From positions 371,845-435,844 of the forward strand of contig CAWEKG010000002.1 in the NCBI GenBank assembly GCA_963809595.1: 64,000 nucleotides of DNA, in the 5' to 3' direction. The position numbers and the translations under genes are program-made. Origin of the DNA: an uncultured Chloroflexia bacterium. GTDB lineage: Bacteria > Chloroflexota > Limnocylindria > Limnocylindrales > CSP1-4. Each line of letters begins with the position of its first letter. The stretch's first letter is position 1. This document shows, one piece after another, positions 1 to 10,070 of this stretch. The notes under the pieces were generated by a model, which searched no databases, was not told the origin of the DNA, and saw nothing but the letters and a program-made list of their open reading frames with translations.

Positions 1-1064
1 CCGGCTATACGCCCTCCGAGCGGACGGTCGGCGAGGCCTTCCGCGAGATCATGGAACCGCTCGAGGGTCGGGTCATCGTGGCCACCTTCGCCAGCAACAT
101 CGCTCGGGTCCAGCAGGTCCTCGACGCGGCGGCCAGCTTCGACCGGAAGGTCACCGTCATCGGTCGCTCGATGGAGCAGAACTTCCGGATCGCCAGCGAC
201 CTGGGCTACCTGACCTACCCGGCCTCCCAGATCGTGGCCAAGGACAAGATCAAGGATGTCCCCGACGGCAAGCTGGTCATCTGCACCACCGGCGCCCAGG
301 GCGAGCCGATGGCCGGTCTCGCCCGGATGGCCAACCGGGACCACCGCTTCGTGGAGATCCAGCCCGGCGACACCGTGATCGTCAGCGCCAGCCCGATCCC
401 CGGCAACGAGGAGTACGTCAGCCGGACGATCGACAACCTGTTCAAGGCCGGGGCCAACGTCTACTACCACACGATCAAGCGCGCCCACGTCTCGGGTCAC
501 GCCAGCCAGGAAGAGCTCAAGCTCATGCTCGGGCTGACCAAGCCGAAGTACTTCATCCCGATGCACGGCGAGTTCCGGATGCAGGTCCAGCACGGCCGGC
601 TGGCGATCGAGACCGGCGTGGCCCCGGAGAACGTGTTCATCATCGAGAACGGGATGCCGATCGAGATCGCCGAGGACGGCTCGGCCCGTCGCGGCCTGCC
701 GGTCCCGGCCGGTTACGTCTACGTCGACGGCCTGTCGGTCGGCGAGGTCGGCGACATCGTCCTGCGCGATCGCAAGGCCCTGGCCAACGACGGCATGCTC
801 ATGATCGTCCTGACCGTGGACAAGCAGACCGGCTCGATCATCGGGCGCCCGGAGATCATCACCCGGGGCTTCGTCCATGCCAACGAGCGGGACCCGATCA
901 TGGACGGGGCGATCGAGCGGATCGTCAAGTCGGTCGAGAACCCTGGCGAGCACATCAGCGAGATCGGCCTCCTGAAGAGCCAGATCAAGGACGGCGTCTC
1001 GCGCTACCTATACGAGCAGACCAAGCGTCGGCCGATGGTCTTCCCGGTCGTGGTCGAGGTCTAG
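1..1064 (+). CDS. rnj: Ribonuclease J (5' part outside window)
   Basis: FASNIARVQQ, TGAQGEP, PIPGNE, HVSGHA, PMHGE and C-terminal TKRRPM motifs of RNase J. Confidence 0.95.
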   Translation, partial: GYTPSERTVGEAFREIMEPLEGRVIVATFASNIARVQQVLDAAASFDRKVTVIGRSMEQNFRIASDLGYLTYPASQIVAKDKIKDVPDGKLVICTTGAQGEPMAGLARMANRDHRFVEIQPGDTVIVSASPIPGNEEYVSRTIDNLFKAGANVYYHTIKRAHVSGHASQEELKLMLGLTKPKYFIPMHGEFRMQVQHGRLAIETGVAPENVFIIENGMPIEIAEDGSARRGLPVPAGYVYVDGLSVGEVGDIVLRDRKALANDGMLMIVLTVDKQTGSIIGRPEIITRGFVHANERDPIMDGAIERIVKSVENPGEHISEIGLLKSQIKDGVSRYLYEQTKRRPMVFPVVVEV

Positions 1065-1069
1065 ACCTC

Positions 1070-3406
1070 GTGGCCACTCGTCGGCGCACGACGAGCCCCA
1101 GGCGGGCCAGCAGCTCGAGTCGACGCCGATCGTCGAGCGGGCCGTCCATCGGCGCGCCCCGGATCGATCCGGAGGTCGTCCGGACGATCGCCGGGATCAC
1201 CTTCCTGATCCTCGGCGTCATCACCCTCATCGCGCTCCTGCTGCCGGGCGAGGGCCGGCTCACCGACTGGTGGCGCAACGCCGTCGTCCCCTGGTTCGGG
1301 GCGAGCCGCTGGCTCCTGCCGGTGGTGCTCATCGGGATCGGGCTGTACATCCCGCGGCGCGTCGCCGACGGCCGGTGGGTGGCCGGCACCCTGGCCATCC
1401 TCCTGTCGTACCTGGCCTTCGTCGGACTCGTCGGGCTGCTCGACCCGTCCAGGGCCGGCCGGATCGGCAAGGCCCTCTCGGACGCCCTGCCCCGCCTGGT
1501 GACCCGGCCGGGTACGGCGGCGATCCTGCTGATCGTCTGCGTCGGGGCGCTCCTGTTCGCCTTCAACCGACCGGCCCAGTGGCTGTTGGACCATGGGCTG
1601 CGTCTCGGCCGGACGATCATGCCCGCCCGGAGCGAAGCAGCCGAGGTGTCGACCAAGGGCCGGACCGCGGACACCCGCCCGGAGCCGGCACGATCCAACG
1701 GGCAGGTCGGCGCCGAGGCGGTCCAGGCCGAGCTGCCGACTCCGACCCCGAGCGCCGTTCCGATGAGCGGCACCGTCTGGGCCGGACTGCCGAGGGGCGA
1801 AGCGATCCCGATCCGTTCGGGAGGGGCGACCGCACCGTCGGCGGTCGCCACCGAGGAACCGCCCTCGGCACGCTCGGTCGGTTCGGACCTGGTGGATGAC
1901 GATTCGACCGACCAGACCGAGGCGCTCCACGCGATCCCATGGTCGTTGCCGACCGTCGACCTCCTCGACGACCGACCCGAAGTCACGGCCGGCAAGGGCG
2001 TCGACCACGTGAAGAACATCGGGATCATCGAGCTCAAGCTCCGCAGCTTCGGGATCGAGGCGACGGTGAGCGCGGTGAATTCGGGCCCGGTGGTCACCCA
2101 GTACGAGGTCAAGCCCGACGCCACCGTGAAGCTGTCGCGGATCGAAGGTCTGGCGGACGATCTGGCGATGGCCCTGGCCGCGCGTTCGATCCGGATCGAG
2201 GCGCCGATCCCGGGCAAGGCCGTGGTCGGCATCGAGATCCCGAACGTGCGCAGCGAGACGGTCGGCTTCCGCTCGCTCATCGACGACTCGGACATGCTCT
2301 CGGCGACGAGCCGGTTGACCTTCGCCCTCGGTCGCGACGTCTCGGGCAAGGGTTACGCGGTGGACCTGGCCAAGATGCCCCACCTCCTGGTGGCCGGGGC
2401 GACCGGGTCGGGCAAGAGCGTCTGCGTGAACGCGCTCATCACCAGCCTCCTCATGCACGCTCGTCCGTGGGAGGTCCGGCTCATCCTCATCGACCTCAAG
2501 CGGGTCGAGCTGGCTCCGTACGACAAGCTGCCCCACCTCCTGCAGCACGTCATCGTCGAGCCGCACGAAGCGAAGGCCGCCCTCAACTGGGCGGTCCACC
2601 AGATGGAGGAGCGTTACAAGCTGCTCGCCTCGCGGAGCGTCCGGAACATCACCGGCTACAACGCCCTGCCTGACCTGCCGGAGGCCGAGCGCCTGCCATA
2701 CCTCGTGCTGATCATCGACGAGCTGGCCGACCTGATCATGCGTGAGGGCCGGAAGGTCGAAGATCCGGTGGTCAAGATCGCCCAGAAGGCCCGGGCAGTG
2801 GGGATCCACCTCGTCCTGGCGACGCAACGCCCGAGCGTCAACGTCGTGACCGGCCTGATCAAGGCCAACGTGCCCAGCCGGATCGCCTTTGCGATGTCGT
2901 CCAACGTCGACAGCCGGACCGTGCTCGATCAACCGGGCGCCGAGGATCTCATCGGTCGGGGCGACATGCTCTACCAGCCGGTCGACCTGCCTCGGCCGGT
3001 CCGTCTCCAGGGTGTCTTCGTGTCCGACGACGAGGTCGGCAAGGTCACCGCGCACTGGCGGGCCCAGACCGGCAGCCGCTCCTTCTACGACGAGTCGGTG
3101 TTCGCCTTCATCGACGGCGAGGACGGCGGCAACGGCGGACAGTTCGCCTGGCTGGCGGCGATGGCCGAGGACGACATGGTGGTCCAGGCCGCGGAGCTCG
3201 TCACTCGGACGGGGCGGGCCAGCACCTCGAACCTCCAGACCAAGCTCAAGGTCGGCTTCTCACGGGCCAGCCGGCTGATGGACGAGCTCGAGCGCTACGG
3301 GATCATCGGGCCCCAGGATCCCCGCAACCCGGCGACGCCGCGGATCGTCTATGGCCCAGACAACTGGCTGCGCAGCCATGACGACATCGACGATCCGGGC
3401 GACTGA
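1070..3406 (+). CDS. ftsK: FtsK/SpoIIIE DNA translocase
   Basis: N-terminal TM helices, HLLVAGATGSGKS Walker A, IIDELADL Walker B, LATQRPSV, C-terminal gamma domain. Confidence 0.97.
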   Translation: MATRRRTTSPRRASSSSRRRSSSGPSIGAPRIDPEVVRTIAGITFLILGVITLIALLLPGEGRLTDWWRNAVVPWFGASRWLLPVVLIGIGLYIPRRVADGRWVAGTLAILLSYLAFVGLVGLLDPSRAGRIGKALSDALPRLVTRPGTAAILLIVCVGALLFAFNRPAQWLLDHGLRLGRTIMPARSEAAEVSTKGRTADTRPEPARSNGQVGAEAVQAELPTPTPSAVPMSGTVWAGLPRGEAIPIRSGGATAPSAVATEEPPSARSVGSDLVDDDSTDQTEALHAIPWSLPTVDLLDDRPEVTAGKGVDHVKNIGIIELKLRSFGIEATVSAVNSGPVVTQYEVKPDATVKLSRIEGLADDLAMALAARSIRIEAPIPGKAVVGIEIPNVRSETVGFRSLIDDSDMLSATSRLTFALGRDVSGKGYAVDLAKMPHLLVAGATGSGKSVCVNALITSLLMHARPWEVRLILIDLKRVELAPYDKLPHLLQHVIVEPHEAKAALNWAVHQMEERYKLLASRSVRNITGYNALPDLPEAERLPYLVLIIDELADLIMREGRKVEDPVVKIAQKARAVGIHLVLATQRPSVNVVTGLIKANVPSRIAFAMSSNVDSRTVLDQPGAEDLIGRGDMLYQPVDLPRPVRLQGVFVSDDEVGKVTAHWRAQTGSRSFYDESVFAFIDGEDGGNGGQFAWLAAMAEDDMVVQAAELVTRTGRASTSNLQTKLKVGFSRASRLMDELERYGIIGPQDPRNPATPRIVYGPDNWLRSHDDIDDPGD

Positions 3407-3554
3407 CCAGCGGGCTCGCGGTGCCGGAGTCGCCGCGACTCGCCGTGCGTCCTCGGGTCGCGACGCTTCCGACTGAGGTCATCGACGCGAGAGGGTATCC
3501 TTCGCCCAGACGGACGGGCACGCCGTCTGATCGCACCTGACCAGGACACGCCCA

Positions 3555-4922
3555 ATGACCACCCGAGACGAAGCTCGACGCCGGCCGGGCCCGACCCGTG
3601 GCCGACGGAGCGAACCCGCCCCGCCCGCCCCGGAGCCGACGGCCAGCCTGCCGGAGCGGCTTCTCGAGGCACGCGAGCAGAAGGGCGTGGACCTCTACCG
3701 GGCTGAGCGCGACACGAAGATCCGGGCGCGCTACCTGGCCGCGCTCGAGCGGGGCGACTACCGCGAGCTGCCCGGCGCCGTCTACACCAAGGGCTTCCTC
3801 CGCAACTACGCCCTCTATCTCGGTCTCGACCCCGACGACGTCCTGCTCCAATGGCGTCGCGAGCGCGGCGACGCGCCGACCGGGACCGAGACCGGGATCG
3901 TCGCACCGAAGCCCCTGACGGCACCGCGACGCGGCTTCACCTTCTCGTTCGGGATCCTCGTGGCAGCGGTCCTGACCGTCGGCGTCCTCCTCTTCGTCGG
4001 CTACCTCGGCTTCCAGCTTCTGCGCTTCTCGCGCCCGCCCGAGGTCACAGTGACCGATCCGGTCACCGCCGTCTCGACCGTCGACGAGGCAGCCACGTCG
4101 TACACCCTGCGAGGCACCTCGCTGCCGGGTGCGCTCGTCTCGGTGATGGTCGCCGGTCGCGATCAGCCGATCCGCACGACCGCCGCCCGCGACGGCACCT
4201 GGTCCTCCGACGTCGAGCTGCGCAAGGGTCGCAACGAGTTCAGCGTCAGCGCCACCGACCCCGACACCGGCAAGACAGTGGAGAATCCGGTCCCGGTCGT
4301 GATCACGGTGCCCTTCTCGACCGTCGCCGCGCCGACCCTCACGGTGGACCAGCCGGCCGAGGGAGCGACCTTCGAGAACGGGGCGATCCCCGTCCAGGGC
4401 ACCACCACGAACGCGACGAAGGTGACCGTCAGCGCGGCCGTCGACGCCACGACGCCGGCGGCCGGCACGAAGCCGGCGGCGACACCGGTGCCACCGTCCC
4501 CCCAGACGGTGGACGTGGGCGCGGACGGGTCGTTCAGTGTTCCAGTCGCGCTCACCGGCGGGCGCTGGACGCTGACCGTCACGGCGGCCAGCGCCGAGGG
4601 CAAGACCACCTCGATCACCCGGTCGGTCACGGTCAAGTACCAGGGCGTGAACCTGGTGGTGGCGGTCAAGGGCGGCCCGGCCTGGATGAAGGTCTGGGTC
4701 GACGGCAAGCTGGACCCGTCGGTCGGGTTCGGGAAGCTGTTCAAGGACGGCAAGACGCTGAGCTTCAACGCCAAGGACTCCATCGAGGTCTTCACCGGCT
4801 CGTCCGGGGTCACCTACTTCACCCTGAACGGGACGAAGCTCGGCCGGCTCGGCAAGTCCGGCGCGCCCGAGACGTGGCTCTTCGCGCCGCCGGCCAAGCC
4901 CCGACAGACGAACCACCGCTGA
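3555..4922 (+). CDS. rodZ: RodZ-like HTH/TM protein with Ig-like repeats and DUF4115-like C-terminus
   Basis: TKIRARYLAALE...LPGAVYTKGFLRNYA HTH, single TM, WMKVWVDGK C-terminal domain; follows ftsK. Confidence 0.85.
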   Translation: MTTRDEARRRPGPTRGRRSEPAPPAPEPTASLPERLLEAREQKGVDLYRAERDTKIRARYLAALERGDYRELPGAVYTKGFLRNYALYLGLDPDDVLLQWRRERGDAPTGTETGIVAPKPLTAPRRGFTFSFGILVAAVLTVGVLLFVGYLGFQLLRFSRPPEVTVTDPVTAVSTVDEAATSYTLRGTSLPGALVSVMVAGRDQPIRTTAARDGTWSSDVELRKGRNEFSVSATDPDTGKTVENPVPVVITVPFSTVAAPTLTVDQPAEGATFENGAIPVQGTTTNATKVTVSAAVDATTPAAGTKPAATPVPPSPQTVDVGADGSFSVPVALTGGRWTLTVTAASAEGKTTSITRSVTVKYQGVNLVVAVKGGPAWMKVWVDGKLDPSVGFGKLFKDGKTLSFNAKDSIEVFTGSSGVTYFTLNGTKLGRLGKSGAPETWLFAPPAKPRQTNHR

Positions 4923-4926
4923 CGCG

Positions 4927-5433
4927 ATGCCGGACGGTAGCGCGGGCGACCTGAGGGCGTTGGCCGAGCGTCTCCAGGCGGTCTGCCTCGAACGCGACCT
5001 GACGGTCGCCACCGCCGAGTCGTGCACCGGCGGGCTGGTGGCCAGTACCCTGACCGACGTCCCGGGTTCGAGCGGCTATGTCCTGGGCGGGATGGTCGCC
5101 TATGCGGACCGGATCAAGACCGTCGAGCTGGACGTTCCGGTGGAGCTCATCGCCGATCACGGAGCGGTGAGCCCCCACGTGGCCCGGGCGATGGCGCTCG
5201 GGGCGCGATCCCGATTCGGCGCGAGCCTGGCGGTGGCGGTCACCGGGGTCGCGGGTCCGGGCGGCGGGACGCCGGCCAAACCGGTCGGACTGACCTACCT
5301 CGCGGTGGCCGGACCGTCCGGCGTCGAGGCGCGCCGGATCATGGGATCGGGAGATCGGGCCGAGAACAAGGCGTCGAGCGTGCAGGCAGCCCTCGAGCTG
5401 CTCCTGGCGGCCGCCGAGGCCGCCCACCCGTGA
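4927..5433 (+). CDS. cinA: CinA C-terminal / NMN deamidase (PncC)
   Basis: AESCTGGL, PGSSGY, GAVS, TGVAGPGGG, KPVG motifs. Confidence 0.93.
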   Translation: MPDGSAGDLRALAERLQAVCLERDLTVATAESCTGGLVASTLTDVPGSSGYVLGGMVAYADRIKTVELDVPVELIADHGAVSPHVARAMALGARSRFGASLAVAVTGVAGPGGGTPAKPVGLTYLAVAGPSGVEARRIMGSGDRAENKASSVQAALELLLAAAEAAHP

Positions 5434-7064
5434 CCCGCTCCGCCGCCGAGATCTCCCGCGGGTTGGAGCCGGCTCGACCACCTCGGCCGATCCCGCCGGG
5501 TGAGCGGATCCACGTCCTCGGCGCGGCCGGCTCGGCCGCCTCGGCCGCCCTGCTCCTGGCCCGCGCCGCCGGGGCCCGCGTCTCCGGCTGCGATTCCGGT
5601 GAACCGACCCGGTACAGCCTGGCTGTCGAGGACGCCGGTGTCGCCGTCGCCTGGCGGCATGACCCGGATCATGTCGTCGACGCGTCGGGTCGGCGACGGG
5701 TCGACCGGATCGCCGTGTCGAAGGCGATGACCTCGGTGGACCCGGATCATCCCGAGCTGCGAGCCGCGCGCGACGCAGGGATCCCGGCCGGCAGCTGTCA
5801 GCAAGCTGATCGCCGACGCCATCGCGACCCGCGGCGGCGACCTCCTGGCCGTCGCCGGGACCCACGGCAAGTCGACGACGACGGGTTGCCTCGTCCACCT
5901 GCTCGTCGGGGCCGGCCTCGACCCGACGGCCTTCGTGGGGGCGATCCTGCCCGCCTCGATCACCGGGTCGGGCCCGTCGGTCGTCCGGCTGGGGGAGGGG
6001 AGGCCGACCGTCGTCGAGGCGGACGAGTACGCCGGCAACTTCGACCCGTACCGCCCGAGCCTCGGGATCCTGCTCAACGCCGACTGGGACCACCCGGACG
6101 TCTTCCGCGACCGGGCGGACGTGGTCGCCACCTTCGAGGCCTGGATCCGGCGGTTCCGCGGCGCGGACCCGGGCGATGGGGAAGCCGCCCCGCCGACGCT
6201 CGTCGCCAACACGGCCGACCCGGGCGTGGCCGAGCTGCTGCCCCGGCTTGCCGACTGGCCGGGCCGGCTGGTGCTGACCGCCGTCGTCGAAGGAGACGCC
6301 AGGGAGGCCTCTGACCGCCTGGTCGATCTCGCCGGTCGGTTCCGCACCGCAGCGGGGGCGGCGACGGCTCTGGTCGGCCGGTATGCCACCGACCCGGATG
6401 GCGGCGACAGGCTGATCCTCGACGGGCTGGCCGGCGGCGCGACGAGCCGGCCCGTCGGACTGCGGCTGGCCGGACGCCACAACGCCGATGACGCGCTCGC
6501 CGCGGCGGCAGCCGCCCTGGTCTACGGCGCCGACCCGGACGCGGTCCTCGACAGCCTCTCGACCTTCGAAGGGGTGGGTCGGCGGTTCGAGCTCAAGGGC
6601 GACATCGCCGGGGTGGTCGTCCTCGACGACTACGGACACCACCCCACGGCCATCGCGGCGACCCTCGAGGCGGTGGCGCAGCGCTACCCGGGCCGGAGGG
6701 TGTGGGCGGTCTACGAGCCGCTGACCTTCCACCGGACGGCGGCGATGCTCGAGTCGTTCGCCGAGGCACTGTCACGAGCCGACCGGGTCCTGATCGCCGA
6801 CATCTTCGCCGGACGCGACCCCGACATGACGATCGTCTCGGCCGCCGACCTCGCCGCAGCCGTGGCCCGGCGAGGGGACGCCCGCGCTGGCGTCGGGCTC
6901 CGGCGGAAGCCACCGCCGGGACGCTCGCTGCCGCGGTCGAGCCCGGAGACGTGATCCTGGTCATGGGTGGAGGCCGGAGCTACCTGATCGCCGAGCTCCT
7001 GGTGGAGCGGCTGCGTGAACGGGCCGGTGACGTGTCCGGCTTCGGGGAGACCGGGACGGGGTGA
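5430..7064 (+). CDS. murC: UDP-N-acetylmuramate--L-alanine ligase (MurC/Mpl family), frameshifted near 5805 and 6890
   Basis: GTHGKSTTT, EADE, GVGRRF, DDYGHHPT and VMGGG motifs spread over three frames; GTG start overlaps cinA stop. Confidence 0.8.
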
Positions 7065-7148
7065 CGCCGGGACCGTGGGCGTCCGGACAGCCCTCGGGGC
7101 GCCGCTGGTACCATGGGAGACCCGCTGGTGCTACGTACAGGAGGCCCG

Positions 7149-7640
7149 ATGGCCGGCGACGTCTCGTTCGACGTGGTGAGCGACTTCGACGAGCAGGAGC
7201 TCCGCAACGCCCTGGACCAGGTGCGCCGCGAGGCGATCCAGCGCTACGACCTGAAGAGCGCCCACATCGACATCGAGCACGGCAAGGGCGAGCTCGTCGT
7301 GACCACCGACGACGAGTTCCACGCCGGCATCGTCAAGGACCTCATCGAGTCGAAGGCGATCCGGCGGAGCCTGTCGCTCAAGATCTTCGACTGGGGCAAG
7401 GTCGAGCCGGCCGGCGGGAACATGGTCCGCCAGCATGTCGGGCTCCGACGCGGCCTGCCCGAGGACGTCGCGAAGCGGATCACGAAGCTGATCCGGGACG
7501 AGTTCCCGAAGTGCAAGCCCCAGATCCAGGGTGACGCCGTGCGGGTCTCGGCCAAGAGCAAGGACGACCTCCAGCGGGTGATCGGACGGCTCCGCGAGCT
7601 CGACGAGCCCGTTCCGCTGCAGTTCGAGAACTACCGTTAG
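7149..7640 (+). CDS. yajQ: YajQ family nucleotide/c-di-GMP-binding protein
   Basis: SFDVVS...QIQGDAVRVSAKSKDDLQ...LQFENYR. Confidence 0.95.
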   Translation: MAGDVSFDVVSDFDEQELRNALDQVRREAIQRYDLKSAHIDIEHGKGELVVTTDDEFHAGIVKDLIESKAIRRSLSLKIFDWGKVEPAGGNMVRQHVGLRRGLPEDVAKRITKLIRDEFPKCKPQIQGDAVRVSAKSKDDLQRVIGRLRELDEPVPLQFENYR

Positions 7641-7668
7641 CGGGCTCGCGGCCCCGCCGGACGGGGAC

Positions 7669-9702
7669 CTGCCGATCGAGACCGCCGAGCCGGAACCGGT
7701 CGCGGCCGAGCCGGAGTCGACCGCCGGCGAGCCGGAGATCGTCGCAGCAGAGCCCGCGGCGACGCCCGACACCGAGCCCGCGGCGACGCCCGACACCGAG
7801 CCCGCGGCGACGCCCGACACCGAGCCCGCGGCGACGCCCGACGCCGAGCCCGCGGCGACGCCCGACGCCGAGCCCGCGGCGACGCCCGACGCCGAGCCCG
7901 CGGCAGCGTCTGAACCGGAGGCGATCGTCGAGGACACGCCCCCGGGACCCGAGTCGAGCCTCGAGCTCGAGGTCGACACCGGACCCGCGGCGAGTCCCGA
8001 AGCGAGCATCGAGCCCCCTGGCGAGCCCCTCCCGCCGGTCGAGCCCCGGACCGTCGGCCGGGCGATCGCCGACGCGCTGCGCGCGGCCGGTGCCACGATC
8101 GCCTTCACCGTGCCCGGCGAGAGCTTCCTCGGTCTGCTCGACGCCCTACCCGAGGCCGGCATCCGGGTCGTGGCGGCCCGCCACGAAGGCGGCGCGGCCT
8201 TCATGGCCGAAGCCCATGGTCAGCTCACCGGACGGCCGGCCATCGTGCTCGGCACCCGGGTCGTCGGCGCCGCGAACCTGGCCATCGGCGTGCACACCGC
8301 CCGCGCCGACTCGAGCCCGATGTTCGCGATCGTCGGGGGCGTACCTCGTGCCGTCCGGGGTCGCGAGGCCTTCCAGGAGGCCGACCTCGTCGGCTCGATC
8401 GGCCGGCTCGCCAAGTGGACGACGGAGATCGACTCGGCCTCGAAGGTCGAGACCCTGATCGCCGAGGCGGTCCGTCATGCCCTGGCCGGGCGTCCGGGCC
8501 CGGTCCTCATCACGATCCCCGAGGACGTCCTCGACGAGCTGGTGCCCGGATCGCCGATCGAGTCGTCGCCGTTCCGACCGACCCGGGTCGAGCCCGAGCC
8601 GGACGACGTCCGGGCCGTCCTCCAGCTCCTGACCGGCGCCCGCCGGCCGGTGATCCTGGCCGGGGCGGGCGTCCTCCGGTCGCGCGGGACCGCCGATCTC
8701 GTCCGCCTCGCCGAGCTGCTCGAGGTGCCGGTCATCGCCTCGTGGCGCCGGGGCGACGTCTTCCCCAACGATCACCGGCTCTATCTCGGGATGACCGGCT
8801 ACGGGTCGCCGAGCGTCGTCCGGGAGCGGCTCGCCGAGGCCGACGCCATCGTGGTCCTGGGCTGCCGGCTGAACGAGATCGCGTCGCACGGGTACGTCGT
8901 CCCGGCTCCCGGGGTCCCCTGGGCGCACGTGGACCTCGAGCCGCGGGTCCCTCACGCCGGTCTGGCGGGCCCGACCCTCGCGGTCGTGGCCGATGCGCGG
9001 ACCTTCCTGCGGGTGGCCCGCCGACGGGTCTCCTCGGGCGTGCTCGCCGCGGAACCGTACGACGCGCGGCGCGACGCGAACGTCGCTGATCGGGCCGCGT
9101 TCGAGGAGGCCACCGGGCCGGACGGGCTCGAGTGGACCGGGCCGGGGGTCCACCCGGGCCGGGTCGTGGCCGTCCTGAACGCCGTGCTGCCGCCCCAGAC
9201 CATCGTCACCACCGACGCCGGGAACTTCGCCGGGTGGGCCGCCCGGGGTTACCGCTTCCGCCGCCCGGGGACGTTCCTCGGCCCGACCTCGGGGGCGATG
9301 GGTTACGGGCTGCCGGCGGCGATCGCGGCCTCGCTCGAGCATCCCGGTCGACCCGTGGTCGCCCTGGCCGGGGACGGCGGCTTCGCGATGACGATGAGCG
9401 AGCTGGAGACCGCGGTGCGGGAGGGCGCCCGGCTCGTCGCGATCGTCTTCGACAATCGGCGCTACGGGACGATCCGGGTCCACCAGGACGGGCGCGGGGT
9501 GGGGGTCGGGGTGGCCACCGAGCTCGGCGCCATCGACTTCGCGGCGATCGCCGAGGCGATGGGCGCCCGGGGTGTCCGGGTCGACGACGACGACGCCTTC
9601 GAGCCGGCCCTGCGGGCGGCGCTCGAGTCCGATGGCACCACCGTGCTCCATCTTCCGCTCGACCGGCGCTGGGCGGCGGTCGGCCGGCTCGACCCGGCCT
9701 GA
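7669..9702 (+). CDS. Thiamine pyrophosphate-dependent enzyme (acetolactate synthase-like) with acidic repeat N-terminus; start uncertain
   Basis: VPGESFL, RHEGGAAFMAEA, GAMGYGLPAA, GDGGF...N motifs; frame open from 7582 with no ATG/GTG/TTG before 8110. Confidence 0.85.
   Translation: MPIETAEPEPVAAEPESTAGEPEIVAAEPAATPDTEPAATPDTEPAATPDTEPAATPDAEPAATPDAEPAATPDAEPAAASEPEAIVEDTPPGPESSLELEVDTGPAASPEASIEPPGEPLPPVEPRTVGRAIADALRAAGATIAFTVPGESFLGLLDALPEAGIRVVAARHEGGAAFMAEAHGQLTGRPAIVLGTRVVGAANLAIGVHTARADSSPMFAIVGGVPRAVRGREAFQEADLVGSIGRLAKWTTEIDSASKVETLIAEAVRHALAGRPGPVLITIPEDVLDELVPGSPIESSPFRPTRVEPEPDDVRAVLQLLTGARRPVILAGAGVLRSRGTADLVRLAELLEVPVIASWRRGDVFPNDHRLYLGMTGYGSPSVVRERLAEADAIVVLGCRLNEIASHGYVVPAPGVPWAHVDLEPRVPHAGLAGPTLAVVADARTFLRVARRRVSSGVLAAEPYDARRDANVADRAAFEEATGPDGLEWTGPGVHPGRVVAVLNAVLPPQTIVTTDAGNFAGWAARGYRFRRPGTFLGPTSGAMGYGLPAAIAASLEHPGRPVVALAGDGGFAMTMSELETAVREGARLVAIVFDNRRYGTIRVHQDGRGVGVGVATELGAIDFAAIAEAMGARGVRVDDDDAFEPALRAALESDGTTVLHLPLDRRWAAVGRLDPA
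7750..7904 (+). repeat. 24-bp tandem repeat, 6 full copies plus a partial, encoding EPAATPD(T/A)
   Basis: GAGCCCGCGGCGACGCCCGAC(A/G)CC units at 7750, 7774, 7798, 7822, 7846, 7870. Confidence 0.95.
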
Positions 9703-9713
9703 GCCCGGGCCCG

Positions 9714-10043
9714 GTGCGGTCCACCTTCCACCTCGTCCCGCTGGAGACCTGGACCGGGCGCGATCCGACGGCGCCCTATGCCGCGCCGAGCCTCGAGGAC
9801 GAGGGCTTCATCCACTGCACCGACGGCGAGGCCGAGATGATCGCCACGGCCAACCGTCACCATGCCGCGGACCCGCAGCCGTTCCTCGTCCTGACGGTGG
9901 ACCTCGAGGCCACCGGATCACCGTGGCGCTTCGACGACCCTGCCCGGATCTACCCCCACGTCTACGGCCCGATCGATCCCCGGGCCATCCTCCGGATCGC
10001 GCCGATCATCCGGACCGCCGACGGGACGTTCACCGCGTTCTGA
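9714..10043 (+). CDS. DUF952 family protein
   Basis: SLEDEGFIHC and YPHVYGPI motifs. Confidence 0.9.
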   Translation: MRSTFHLVPLETWTGRDPTAPYAAPSLEDEGFIHCTDGEAEMIATANRHHAADPQPFLVLTVDLEATGSPWRFDDPARIYPHVYGPIDPRAILRIAPIIRTADGTFTAF

Positions 10044-10070
10044 TGTCCGGCGGGCCGCTGCCTCGTCGGC

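Noticed and set aside
7750-7904. 24-bp repeat as a CRISPR array
   Set aside because: No spacers, in-frame coding repeat, no cas genes
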